Below are positions 54,629 to 63,989 of a stretch of 64,000 nucleotides of DNA, piece by piece. Positions within the stretch are counted from its first letter, which is position 1, and every line of letters starts with the position of its first letter. Source of the DNA: Escherichia phage EC.P2; sequence record PQ631072.1, one strand, 5' to 3'. The position numbers were made by a program, and so were the translations under genes. The notes below the pieces were generated by a model. The model was not told where the DNA came from. It worked only from the letters and a program-made list of their open reading frames with translations, and did no database searches.

Positions 54629-55231
54629 TTAGATATTGTAAACCTTTGTATGAGTTACTACACCATCTTCTACAAAATCAATACGTTCTTGATCCGTAAC
54701 TAGTGCAGACAACACTTTAAATTTAATTTTTACACGTTCAAAAGCTGGTTGACCATCTTTAAGATAATTATGTTCAGTTGTCACTGTCTTGTTTACAAAA
54801 TCAACTTTTGCTTTACCGTTCTCGCGTAAGTGGAATGTTTTTCCTGCTTTATACACAATTTCAACATTACCTTCGAGAGTAATTCCTTCAAAAAGTTCAC
54901 CCTCTTCTTCATTTTCTTCACTTTTGAACAGACGACGAAACTCTTCCATATCAAGATAAACAACATCTTCAGAATAACTATCAGTAAGATATGTCTTACC
55001 CTCCATTAACCCGAAATATTGCCAGATTGCCGAATAAACATCACTAGATGATCCAAGGGTTTCTCTGAGTTTAGTTCCACGGATTACTTCATAAACTTCA
55101 AAATTGAAACCAGACTGCAAAGCATCAAACAGCACATCACTAACTTCTAAAGCATAATCTTCATTGTTGTCAATATCTACAAGAAAATTACCGCTACGAA
55201 TAAGTTTTTGACCTTCTAAAGTAATACTCAT
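54629..55231 (-). CDS. hypothetical acidic protein (200 aa)
   Basis: ORF with AGGAG RBS downstream of TerD terminator. Confidence 0.45.
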   Translation of the reverse strand: MSITLEGQKLIRSGNFLVDIDNNEDYALEVSDVLFDALQSGFNFEVYEVIRGTKLRETLGSSSDVYSAIWQYFGLMEGKTYLTDSYSEDVVYLDMEEFRRLFKSEENEEEGELFEGITLEGNVEIVYKAGKTFHLRENGKAKVDFVNKTVTTEHNYLKDGQPAFERVKIKFKVLSALVTDQERIDFVEDGVVTHTKVYNI

Positions 55232-55257
55232 TGTTTTCTCCTCTTTTATTTCAAATA

Positions 55258-55273
55258 TGCGCCCCGAAGGGCG
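55258..55273 (-). terminator. hairpin terminator after terD-like gene
   Basis: GCGCC-CCGAAG-GGCGC hairpin. Confidence 0.45.
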
Positions 55274-55295
55274 CTATGATTTATTACTTGATGTA

Positions 55296-55892
55296 TTACT
55301 CGAACCAATCGTCGCCAGCGCCAAACGCTTTAACTACATCGTAAATGTCAAGCCCAGCTTTACCTACACCATATGCTTTCAGTTTCCATTCGCTATCTTC
55401 TCGCACCAGGGAGGCAACGTGGCAAATGGTGTTACCTGCAAGTTCTGGAGCCAAGAAGTCAAAGTCCAGCAGTTCAACATTACGTTCATCATCGAAGATT
55501 TTAAGGAAACCTTCGGTAGCGTGACCAAGGCGTTTCTTACCCGTTTCGTCATCAATAGTAATTACGAATGCAATTTCCTGTGCTTCAGCAGAGATATTAT
55601 CCAGTGTAACATCAATCTGCTCCATCTGTCCTACACCATCACGAACATCTTCACCTGCAAAAGTAGAACGTTCAGGATCAAATTTCTGTGCGTAGCACAC
55701 CAGGTGACGAGGAGACAACAGTTCCGGCAGACCAGATGCATTGTGTCGGCAAATCAGAGCACTAACATCCAGATCCAGTTTTTCGTTAGATTTCCAAGAG
55801 AATTCCAGACGAATGCGTTTCAGTGCTGGTGCGATCTTTTTCAGAGAAACTTTTTCGCTAGAACCTTTTTTCAGGGAAATTTTCTGAGTCAT
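55296..55892 (-). CDS. terD: TerD-family protein (tellurite-resistance/stress-response TerD domain)
   Basis: ISLKKG...VSLKK, LDLDVSAL, AFVITIDDE, and C-terminal SEWKLKAYGVGKAGL segments follow the conserved TerD domain blocks. Confidence 0.65.
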   Translation of the reverse strand: MTQKISLKKGSSEKVSLKKIAPALKRIRLEFSWKSNEKLDLDVSALICRHNASGLPELLSPRHLVCYAQKFDPERSTFAGEDVRDGVGQMEQIDVTLDNISAEAQEIAFVITIDDETGKKRLGHATEGFLKIFDDERNVELLDFDFLAPELAGNTICHVASLVREDSEWKLKAYGVGKAGLDIYDVVKAFGAGDDWFE

Positions 55893-55965
55893 AATTTATT
55901 ATCTCCTTTGTTGTTAATTTACGTTGTCTATTTTACTAATCTTTTCTACAAAGTCAAGCGTTTTT

Positions 55966-56760
55966 TTACGCTTTTGCTCCGAATTTTTTAACCCACTCAC
56001 CAAACTCTTCAGATAACAATTTATCGTAAAGTTCTTCATCAGACAAGGACAAATCTGCAATACCGATAAAATCAACATTATCGTACTCTTTTGCCAAGTC
56101 TTTCAGGAATTTAAAGTTTGCATTACCTACACCAACCATAAACCAGTAAACAGGCGTATTGCGGTGTTTGTTCAGTAAGCTACGTACTGCTGAAGTATCC
56201 ATGTTTTCCCCGTCAGTTTGGAAGAAAATCATTGCAGGAGTACGATCAACTTGTGCATCAGTGTCTACAACCTGTTCTACAACAGTACGTGTTACTTCTA
56301 CAAGTTCTTTTTTACCAGTTAGTTTAGCAAGGAAACCCTTAGCTGGGACTTCTTCATACTCAACGACTTCGCGTGTAATATTTTTCATAGGTACACTACC
56401 GAAGTATGTATCATAGATCTCCTGCATTACTGGAGCATAAGCAGTACCACCATTGATGCAAACATTAGACATGCAAGAGCCGACATAATCATCATACACA
56501 TCAGCCGTTGCAGGAGGCAGTTCAAAAGAAGAACTATTGAAAGCCCACATGTCAATCTGTGCATTGTCATCAAACTTCATACCAAACGGCAGCAGTTTAC
56601 CTACAAAATCACTAACAGTGCCATCACGATACAGCTCACACATACTACCCGAAATATCTAAGGCGCTACCGACACGAAGAACAACATCGTTAATCTTTTT
56701 CTTACGCAGAGATACAGTAAGAGTTTCTTGACGTTTTTTAAGACTGATTTTATTGGACAT
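55966..56760 (-). CDS. vWA-domain protein (TerF/TerY-like)
   Basis: MIDAS-type motif LDISGSM in first 40 residues; adjacent to terD-like gene. Confidence 0.55.
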   Translation of the reverse strand: MSNKISLKKRQETLTVSLRKKKINDVVLRVGSALDISGSMCELYRDGTVSDFVGKLLPFGMKFDDNAQIDMWAFNSSSFELPPATADVYDDYVGSCMSNVCINGGTAYAPVMQEIYDTYFGSVPMKNITREVVEYEEVPAKGFLAKLTGKKELVEVTRTVVEQVVDTDAQVDRTPAMIFFQTDGENMDTSAVRSLLNKHRNTPVYWFMVGVGNANFKFLKDLAKEYDNVDFIGIADLSLSDEELYDKLLSEEFGEWVKKFGAKA

Positions 56761-56761
56761 A

Positions 56762-57031
56762 TTATTTCTCCTTTCTGAGTGTAATGTTAGTAACTTCTAA
56801 ATCCACTTCTACCATTTCTGTATCATATGAAATACAGCTAAGTTGACCTCTTTGTGAACCGTTCAGACACATTGCTTGGTTTGTATTAACTTTAATAAAC
56901 ACTAAGTTTCTGAACGTATCTAAACCAGAATCTTGATACGCAACATAATATACGAATGTATCACCTGCGTCAAGTTCTCCAAAACATTTAGGTTCATCTG
57001 ATTTATCGTCTTTGATATTAAATTTAAGCAC
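56762..57031 (-). CDS. hypothetical protein (89 aa)
   Basis: ORF in track, tightly coupled to neighbours. Confidence 0.4.
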   Translation of the reverse strand: MLKFNIKDDKSDEPKCFGELDAGDTFVYYVAYQDSGLDTFRNLVFIKVNTNQAMCLNGSQRGQLSCISYDTEMVEVDLEVTNITLRKEK

Positions 57032-57587
57032 TGTCTTCTCCTTTACCTGCCCTCCAGCCTAAATAGAAAGCCTCTCTGGTGATCTTTTGCAACTCGTTTA
57101 AAGAGATAGTTACAACTAAATTATCTTCAATTTCTAGCTTTGAGTCTTCTTCTGTCTCAATGCAAGTATTATGCACTTTGTGGTAAGGATTGTCAACACG
57201 TTTAAATTTATTATTTTCAGTGCTGAAGAAGCAATCTGGATCTTCTTCTCCATCACCCCAACCCTGGTTAGGGTCTTCTTCAGATCTTTCTGTTGGGATC
57301 TCACCTGTAAAGTGCTCTTCTAATACCATAGCGATACCATCTCCAAGATCGGAAGAGAACATCAAATTACAAACTTCTTCCCAAGGCATAGACCACTTAA
57401 ATCTTTTACGATTACCATGTTTATCTTCTTCGTTAGAGAAAACACTACCATAGCTATCATAATTGCCATACATCTCTTCAACAACTTTACCACCTTTCAA
57501 AAGAAATAGGTAGCAAGGAGAACCATCGAAAGAGGTAGAAAGAGCAGCATTGCCAGACTCTTTGCACAAGAAACTAAAACACCCCAT
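57024..57587 (-). CDS. hypothetical acidic protein (187 aa)
   Basis: ORF in track. Confidence 0.4.
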   Translation of the reverse strand: MGCFSFLCKESGNAALSTSFDGSPCYLFLLKGGKVVEEMYGNYDSYGSVFSNEEDKHGNRKRFKWSMPWEEVCNLMFSSDLGDGIAMVLEEHFTGEIPTERSEEDPNQGWGDGEEDPDCFFSTENNKFKRVDNPYHKVHNTCIETEEDSKLEIEDNLVVTISLNELQKITREAFYLGWRAGKGEDSA

Positions 57588-57787
57588 TATACACCAGCCT
57601 TAAGATCAATTAAAGCCAAAGTTGTTTCAGAATGTGTTTGCTCGTCTACAGGTGCAGTCATATGATAATACAAAAAGTCTTCGGCATCATACCAATCTGA
57701 TTCTTGACCTTGTTTCCAACCATCAATGAAAGCATCCTCCATAATGGTTTGTAATTCTTCACGAGTTAAGTGAATATCTTTATTCAT
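57587..57787 (-). CDS. hypothetical small protein
   Basis: ORF in track, start/stop overlaps with neighbours. Confidence 0.35.
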   Translation of the reverse strand: MNKDIHLTREELQTIMEDAFIDGWKQGQESDWYDAEDFLYYHMTAPVDEQTHSETTLALIDLKAGV

Positions 57788-58020
57788 TACACATTCTCCT
57801 CTTTTACCAATTCCATCGTTGAACTATCAAAACCATCTTTAGAAGAATAGGTATAGACAGAACGTAGTTCTCGCAGGACAGTAAATACATTAGGATCATC
57901 TAACCAAGCATCCTGGAGGAGAACATAACGATCTTCATTGTCATACTGGACAGCAATCATAGAACCAGACAGTTTGTAAATTTTAATATTCATAATATAT
58001 TTCTCCTTAAAGTAGACCAC
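57787..58020 (-). CDS. hypothetical small protein
   Basis: ORF in track. Confidence 0.35.
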   Translation of the reverse strand: MVYFKEKYIMNIKIYKLSGSMIAVQYDNEDRYVLLQDAWLDDPNVFTVLRELRSVYTYSSKDGFDSSTMELVKEENV

Positions 58021-59110
58021 GTTTAACAGTTTGAATCATACCATCTTCAAGAGATTGCACTTCTTGAATGTAATCAATACGAGCAGCACGGGCTTCAGTG
58101 TTGATTCGGTTAGTTTCTTCCAACATTTTAACTAAGTTTTCTTGATCGCGACGTAATGTTTCAATATCCAATACTTGACGATTAGCAAGTTGCGTAGCTT
58201 CAATTTGGTTTTGTGCAGCCAGATCACTACCCATTGCAATAGCAGCATTAAATTCATTCAGTACATTGTTCTGTGTATCGGCTGCTTTCTTCTGGCGTAG
58301 ACTTTCAATATACATAGAAAAGTTTGCAGAGTAAGCAGGAATAACATTATTCACAATATTACGGGCTGATCGCATCAAACTTGCAGATACTTTCTGCATA
58401 CTTTGTACACGTGGCCCCATCTGAACACACAGTAAACGCAAGGCTTTCAGGTCTGCAATACGAATTTCAAGCAGATCCATAGTATCACGAGTACGTTGAC
58501 GCTCTTCTACTTCATTTTCAGGTAGTGTATTAAGGCGAACTTCTTCTTTTTCATAAGTAGCTGTTAGAAGCTCTATATCCCTGTTTAAGCTAAGAGCATA
58601 TTTTGCAATAGCCTCTTCTAAACGTTGCAGATATCGTAAAGAATCTTCTTCTTTTTTCAAGTCTGTTTGGAGTGTCTTTACCAAACCTTCAATACGATTA
58701 TTGATGGTGTCAAATTCACCAAACAAATCTTCTTTCATACCTAATACTTTCTTAACTAGTTTACCTAAGCCTTTAGATTGTTTAATAGAATTAGGATCAA
58801 GTTGCTTTGCTTGCTTAATAAGTGCAGTTAAACGCTCACTCATTTCATCTCCCTGAGATGAACGCTGGTGTTTAAGCACTTCCGCATTAAGGTTACGAAG
58901 AGTAAGTCCTGCATCAGCACCAACCTGTTCAATCTCTTCACGAGACATTGGAGGCAGCATTTGTACAGGTCGTGCAACAGCAGGGGCATATACAGGGCTT
59001 GCATCCATAGCAGTTGGAGCAAACAAAGACTTACTTTTTTCTGTTGTTGCCGTGAATACACTCATTTCAGACGGTTTGCTTTTTACGGCACTGATAAAAG
59101 GACTGGACAT
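58007..59110 (-). CDS. TelA-like (toxic anion resistance family) protein, tentative
   Basis: 367-aa mostly helical, charged protein between the vWA/TerD and TerC genes; family assigned from context and size, not from a verified motif. Confidence 0.35.
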   Translation of the reverse strand: MSSPFISAVKSKPSEMSVFTATTEKSKSLFAPTAMDASPVYAPAVARPVQMLPPMSREEIEQVGADAGLTLRNLNAEVLKHQRSSQGDEMSERLTALIKQAKQLDPNSIKQSKGLGKLVKKVLGMKEDLFGEFDTINNRIEGLVKTLQTDLKKEEDSLRYLQRLEEAIAKYALSLNRDIELLTATYEKEEVRLNTLPENEVEERQRTRDTMDLLEIRIADLKALRLLCVQMGPRVQSMQKVSASLMRSARNIVNNVIPAYSANFSMYIESLRQKKAADTQNNVLNEFNAAIAMGSDLAAQNQIEATQLANRQVLDIETLRRDQENLVKMLEETNRINTEARAARIDYIQEVQSLEDGMIQTVKRGLL

Positions 59111-59178
59111 TCAATTTCCTCCATATTCTTTAGTAGATGGTGATACCTCTGTACCACCATCATAACACAAATTAAGTA

Positions 59179-60030
59179 TTAAACAAACATATCTAAATAA
59201 TTTGTAGTAATAAATGCTCCATCTGCTTCCAGATTAACATAACCAGTAGCATTAGTGGTTAAGAAATCCAGATCGAAGGACTCTTTAACACCCCGTACCT
59301 CAACACGAGAGATATCGAATACAGGTAGTGTAACAGCCTCTTCGTGCAATACCGTACCTTTGTAGGTTGCCTTAATGATAAACTTGATATTACCCGTTCC
59401 CGCATCATACAAAACACTTTCAAAGCCTTTGAGAGTATACTTATCACCAGAGGTGAAGTGCAAAGTTGCTTTGTTTACAGTACGTTTTTTACGAGGAGTT
59501 CCTTTCACACGTTTATGATCACTACGTTTTTTGTATTTAGGAATGAATACAAACGATACACTCTCAAGAAAAGTATCAACATCAAGGATTTTAATATCCT
59601 CTGTTGCAGCAAATTTTGAAGTCGTTGCATCAAAATGCTTTGCTCTGCGATCATACATAAAGATATCAAACCGATCTTCTAAATCAAACAAATTGTGTAT
59701 CTTAATTTCAGAATGCTTGCACATTGCAGCAACCTTAAACTCTTCAAAACGTGGGTGTTCTACAAGCTCTTCAAGTTTTACACCAAAGACAGTATATTGT
59801 TTCGAAGTTTTTTCTGGCGTTGGCATTACAGAAGCATAATCACCGATTGCGCTTTTAAAGCAAAATTGTTCTTGACCTGTATTTTTACCAACGAATTTAC
59901 AGTATTCGTCATCGTGCATACTTTCTTTGGTAGTACCAACAAACTCAAAACCATCTTTATTCTTCTCAAGAATTTCTTGATTAAAGATCCAACCTTCCAG
60001 GCGATACACTTTACCAACTTCTAGTTTCAT
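59179..60030 (-). CDS. hypothetical protein (283 aa)
   Basis: ORF in track. Confidence 0.45.
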   Translation of the reverse strand: MKLEVGKVYRLEGWIFNQEILEKNKDGFEFVGTTKESMHDDEYCKFVGKNTGQEQFCFKSAIGDYASVMPTPEKTSKQYTVFGVKLEELVEHPRFEEFKVAAMCKHSEIKIHNLFDLEDRFDIFMYDRRAKHFDATTSKFAATEDIKILDVDTFLESVSFVFIPKYKKRSDHKRVKGTPRKKRTVNKATLHFTSGDKYTLKGFESVLYDAGTGNIKFIIKATYKGTVLHEEAVTLPVFDISRVEVRGVKESFDLDFLTTNATGYVNLEADGAFITTNYLDMFV

Positions 60031-60065
60031 CTGTTTCTCCTTCTTATTTAATCTGTATTAAATTA

Positions 60066-60656
60066 TTAACGACGACGTGAGCTACTAAAACTACGTTTCG
60101 ACGAAGAATAACTTTTCGAAGACTTACTATAAGAGCTAATAGGGCTTGAGTAAGACTTACGAGCAGAGTAATTACTATTCACTTTTGTTGTTGATGGGCG
60201 TGAATACGTTTGTACACTTTGCTGCTTAATTGTGTTTTGTTTAGTGGTTGTATATGTATTCCCTTGTTTATCATAAAAACTATGCTTTTGTGTTGTATAT
60301 GCTTTACTATTAGTTGTAGGAGCAGCGTTGTTATTGATAATTGTTGTATTGCTACCGCCATCTCTATAACCACCACCGCCACTATTACCACTCAACATAT
60401 GACCAAGAAGCATACCTGTAGCAAATTCACCTACACCAGAAGAACCACTGCCGCCTCCTTGCACAACAACTGTTGAAGGTTGTGCAGGTGCTGCTTGAAC
60501 AACTTGAGGTGCAGGTTGATTTACATATTGTTCATCTACCATCTGATTTGGTGTTTGTTGGTAACGTTGGTTTTGTACATTTTCAGAATCATCACAACCT
60601 ACCAGCAATGCACTACCTAATACAACTGCAACAATAAAAGATTTAATGTTTTTCAT
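60066..60656 (-). CDS. lipoprotein, Gly-rich with Ser/Tyr/Lys-rich C-terminus
   Basis: Start set at Met with GAGAGGG RBS; signal peptide with lipobox LVGC. Confidence 0.5.
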   Translation of the reverse strand: MKNIKSFIVAVVLGSALLVGCDDSENVQNQRYQQTPNQMVDEQYVNQPAPQVVQAAPAQPSTVVVQGGGSGSSGVGEFATGMLLGHMLSGNSGGGGYRDGGSNTTIINNNAAPTTNSKAYTTQKHSFYDKQGNTYTTTKQNTIKQQSVQTYSRPSTTKVNSNYSARKSYSSPISSYSKSSKSYSSSKRSFSSSRRR

Positions 60657-60849
60657 TTGTAACCCTCTCATTTAAAGTCTCAACACAATTTTTAAAATCT
60701 CTAGAGAAACAATACATCTGTTCTCCGTTCCTGTTGATAGTAATTGTATGGTTATCAACATATGTTGTCAAGATAAAAATCAAACAAAATAACCCTAAAG
60801 CAAAACAAATATTTTCAAACAGAATCCAAAGAACACGTAAAACCACCAT
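60643..60849 (-). CDS. small membrane protein (tentative)
   Basis: 68-aa ORF with one hydrophobic helix. Confidence 0.3.
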   Translation of the reverse strand: MVVLRVLWILFENICFALGLFCLIFILTTYVDNHTITINRNGEQMYCFSRDFKNCVETLNERVTNEKH

Positions 60850-60864
60850 CAGATCACCTCAACA

Positions 60865-60882
60865 AAGCCCCCGAAGGGGCTT
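60865..60882 (-). terminator. hairpin terminator after terC-like gene
   Basis: Minus-sense AAGCCCC-TTCG-GGGGCTT, identical to plus hairpin at 38764. Confidence 0.5.
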
Positions 60883-60888
60883 AATGAA

Positions 60889-61866
60889 TTAAGCAACAGT
60901 CTGGTCTTCTTTTTCAGGGAAGATTAAACTTGCAATAACACCCAGCCCCAGAGTACCTAACACAATATACATACTGATCGTCGGATCAATGTGTGCTGGC
61001 AGGAAACTCACTTTTGCGTGCAGAGTTTCTGCAAACGGGTGATACATCAGTTTTACACCCACAAATACCAGGACTACGATAACTGCTTTCTCCAGATGAA
61101 CCAAATATTTCAGTGCAACACTAAGGACAAAGAACAGAGCACGTAGACCTAAAATTGCACACAGCATTGAAGAAAATACAAGCAGAGGTTCTTGTGTCAC
61201 TGCAATTACTGCTGGAACAGAGTCTACTGCAAAGATTACGTCAACCATTTCCATTACAAACACACAAACCAATGCAGGAGTTGCTACACGAACACCATTT
61301 TTGATTGTGAAGAACTTCTCACCATCCATCTGATCAGATACAGGGAACAGCTTACGAACAATGCGAGTAGCCCAGTGTTTAGAGTAATCAACTTCTGCGT
61401 CATTATCTCCAGCGAATACCATTTTAGCTGCGCAGAAAAGGATGACCGCACCGAAGAAGATATTAACATACCAGCCCAAACTCAACAAGTAAGTACCTAC
61501 TGCTACAAACACACCTCGGAAGACAATCGCACCTGCAATACCCCAAAGTAGAATCTTGTGCTGCAAGTGTGTGCTTTTAATACCAAAACTTGCGAATACT
61601 GCCACAAATACTACTAAGTTATCTACAGAAAGAGATTTCTCCAACACATACCCACTCAAGAACAAGCTCGCAAAATCAGCACCGTGTTGGAAGTATACAA
61701 AACCATAGTAGGCTAATGATACCCCAATCCAGAAAATTGACCAGCCAATTGCAGATTTAAATGAAATTTCTTTGTTTTCTCTGTGTCCAAAGAAATCAAT
61801 ACAAATCGACAAGACTAAAATACCCACTAAAACAACCACATCAATAATTGGGAAACCCAGTTGCAT
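60889..61866 (-). CDS. terC: TerC-family integral membrane protein
   Basis: Multiple TM helices; LEKSLSVDNLVVFVAVF matches the TerC signature, with a second DSVPAV repeat. Confidence 0.65.
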   Translation of the reverse strand: MQLGFPIIDVVVLVGILVLSICIDFFGHRENKEISFKSAIGWSIFWIGVSLAYYGFVYFQHGADFASLFLSGYVLEKSLSVDNLVVFVAVFASFGIKSTHLQHKILLWGIAGAIVFRGVFVAVGTYLLSLGWYVNIFFGAVILFCAAKMVFAGDNDAEVDYSKHWATRIVRKLFPVSDQMDGEKFFTIKNGVRVATPALVCVFVMEMVDVIFAVDSVPAVIAVTQEPLLVFSSMLCAILGLRALFFVLSVALKYLVHLEKAVIVVLVFVGVKLMYHPFAETLHAKVSFLPAHIDPTISMYIVLGTLGLGVIASLIFPEKEDQTVA

Positions 61867-61943
61867 TCTTTTCTCCTCTTTAATGCGGAGGACAATCCTC
61901 CGCTCTATGTCGTATACTATAAACTGTTTTTAAAGAAAGTCAA

Positions 61944-62192
61944 CTAGTTCAGTTCTGTAATTTTAAGTTTATCTTCTTTGTTAATGATAGGGAAAGCTAC
62001 AGCATCACCTACATCATCAATAAAGCAAACAGCAAGACCACCTTCCACTTTGCTAACCTGACCATTAAAGGCGTGATACGGGGCAGGAACAATATCTCCA
62101 TCTTCAAGGAGAATAGCCTCATAAACCTTACCAACAGTACAATCACGAGTGTTTATAAATTTTTCAAGCACTTCAACATTTACTTTACGCAT
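61944..62192 (-). CDS. hypothetical protein (82 aa)
   Basis: ORF in track. Confidence 0.4.
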   Translation of the reverse strand: MRKVNVEVLEKFINTRDCTVGKVYEAILLEDGDIVPAPYHAFNGQVSKVEGGLAVCFIDDVGDAVAFPIINKEDKLKITELN

Positions 62193-62206
62193 ATAAAGAT
62201 CCTCTC

Positions 62207-62413
62207 TTATTTGTTAGATTGAAAGATACCACGAAGTACCGCAAGAATGAACGTCACACAGACTACACTCCAAAACGTTACAGGAACATGATGCCAGTCT
62301 AAGCCGATAATGTCAATCATATAGTTGTATGCTAAAAGCAGTAGCCAACTAGGGATTAACACAATCAAGAACACAACAATAAAACAACCTAATACTGCTA
62401 AAACACCTGCCAT
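62207..62413 (-). CDS. small membrane protein
   Basis: 68 aa, two hydrophobic segments. Confidence 0.4.
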   Translation of the reverse strand: MAGVLAVLGCFIVVFLIVLIPSWLLLLAYNYMIDIIGLDWHHVPVTFWSVVCVTFILAVLRGIFQSNK

Positions 62414-62422
62414 ACTTTCTCC

Positions 62423-63139
62423 TTATTTCAGTTTGTAAACAATTACATTTAAACCTTTGTTCACTAGAGTTTCTTCGATCATAAGTTTTACAATATTCCA
62501 AGAACCTCCAGCCAAACCACAACCAAGCATTGGTAAACCTACAATTTTACCGCCTGAAGATACAACATCGTCTCCCATACTATCTAACGCATTGTAGATA
62601 GCTTCATAATTCAGGTCACGCTTACCTTCCTCACGACGACTATAACCATATTGTCCATATAAATTATAAATTGTCAAATTGTTTTCTGTATACTTAGTAA
62701 ACGTACCTAATTTTTTATAATCACCACGTTTAGTGGCACAATCTGCTTTAAACGCACCAGGCCACTTGCTTTTAATTTTTGGTGCAATACCACTACCCAT
62801 AGTGCAAAAACAGTTACAGCAGTGTGCTATAGCGTCTATATCGCCTCTCTCTGCTGCTGCTAAAAGATCACCGTATACCTCAATGATACCTGGTGGATAA
62901 CTTGTTACAATCTCATCTTCCCAGTACATTTGCTCTACACCACCGATCAGTGCAAAGTTTTGTGTGATGCGATCATCAATATAATTAAGACCTGAAACAT
63001 ACACAGCATATTCATCCTGTGCTGTAATGCCTTGTACACGAATTCTTAAGACACCATCTTTATCTGTTGCTACACGCCCAAAATCTTTTTCTGTAATATT
63101 GGTGATAGGATCTCCGAAAGTCGTCACTTTATTAGACAT
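62423..63139 (-). CDS. macro-domain protein (ADP-ribose binding/processing family)
   Basis: DAIAHCCNCFCTMGSGIA and GLPMLGCGLAGGSW resemble the two conserved macro-domain blocks; start set at internal Met with GGGG RBS. Confidence 0.5.
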   Translation of the reverse strand: MSNKVTTFGDPITNITEKDFGRVATDKDGVLRIRVQGITAQDEYAVYVSGLNYIDDRITQNFALIGGVEQMYWEDEIVTSYPPGIIEVYGDLLAAAERGDIDAIAHCCNCFCTMGSGIAPKIKSKWPGAFKADCATKRGDYKKLGTFTKYTENNLTIYNLYGQYGYSRREEGKRDLNYEAIYNALDSMGDDVVSSGGKIVGLPMLGCGLAGGSWNIVKLMIEETLVNKGLNVIVYKLK

Positions 63140-63989
63140 AATAATCCCCTTTAACATTAGATTTGTTGATAATGTTGCTTTCAAAAAATTGACGCAGGAA
63201 ATCAAAGTTCTCTTTGTATTTTTCAATATTATTGTAACCTTCTGCAAGGCAACCAAAGAACAGTTGTTCTACATAATACAAAGGAAGTTGTGAAAGTGCA
63301 ATTTTAAAATCAACTTCGCTTTGACTCATTAGATACTTAATAGGACGAACCAAACATTTAGCATCAGTTTCTTGCTTAATCATTTTAATAAAAGCTGCCA
63401 GGTTATTGATATAGTTGAAGTTAAGTGCAGCTTCGGTGTTGGCTTCTGTACCTTCATACTTTGCAAAGTACAGGAAAAACGTATCGTTTTCAACACCTTC
63501 TTTGTCTAAAATTTCAATAAGTTTTTCTTCGTGTGTTCCTGTAATATTAACATCATCAATGAAAATCAGAGTTTTATTACCCCAGAAATCACGATTGATA
63601 GAGAAAGTGTCACCATCGATCAAAGCCTTACGATCTTCTTTGCTAAGAAATCCATAATCATTGATATAACTCACTTTACGATGAACGATATCCCACTCTA
63701 CTGCTTTACCTCCTTTGATAGAGATTAGGTAGTTGAGGTGATCTACAAAATGTTCAGATAACACTGTAGCTGCATTTTTCACATAGTTATATGGAGATGG
63801 AATAACAACAAAACTTTCATTTACTAGTCGTTCTTCATATTTAGAAAAGAAACTTTCAGCTAGAATGCGTCCCATTCTTTTTGCTGCCTGGTTACTACCA
63901 AACTTTAGTTTGGAATAATCTGCAATGTTAAATTTTGCTTCCTTCAGGTTAGTAAAAGTATTAGCAAAATGTTGAATTTGATTACGCAT
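63132..63989 (-). CDS. phosphoribosyltransferase-fold protein (type I PRTase/PRPP-binding motif); 5' end may lie beyond window
   Basis: PRPP-binding loop KTLIFIDDVNITGTHE; frame remains open to window edge upstream of the first Met. Confidence 0.5.
   Translation of the reverse strand: MRNQIQHFANTFTNLKEAKFNIADYSKLKFGSNQAAKRMGRILAESFFSKYEERLVNESFVVIPSPYNYVKNAATVLSEHFVDHLNYLISIKGGKAVEWDIVHRKVSYINDYGFLSKEDRKALIDGDTFSINRDFWGNKTLIFIDDVNITGTHEEKLIEILDKEGVENDTFFLYFAKYEGTEANTEAALNFNYINNLAAFIKMIKQETDAKCLVRPIKYLMSQSEVDFKIALSQLPLYYVEQLFFGCLAEGYNNIEKYKENFDFLRQFFESNIINKSNVKGDYYV

Noticed and set aside
36754-60882. Repeated GC-rich hairpins as a possible CRISPR array or dispersed repeat element
   Set aside because: The copies are isolated, sit exactly at gene 3' ends with adjacent T-tracts, and have no regularly spaced repeat-spacer structure; interpreted as intrinsic terminators.
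55296-61866. Literal tellurite-resistance function for the Ter-like genes
   Set aside because: Ter proteins are now regarded as general membrane-stress or defence-associated modules, and a lytic phage has no obvious benefit from metalloid resistance; a host-manipulation or counter-defence role is the working interpretation.
41547-63728. Plus-strand ORFs in the minus-strand block (for example 42077-42274, 45470-45781, 46401-46697, 48190-48441, 55257-55991, 59344-60024, 61192-61551)
   Set aside because: They are antisense to long minus-strand genes with ribosome-binding sites and recognisable motifs; judged spurious.
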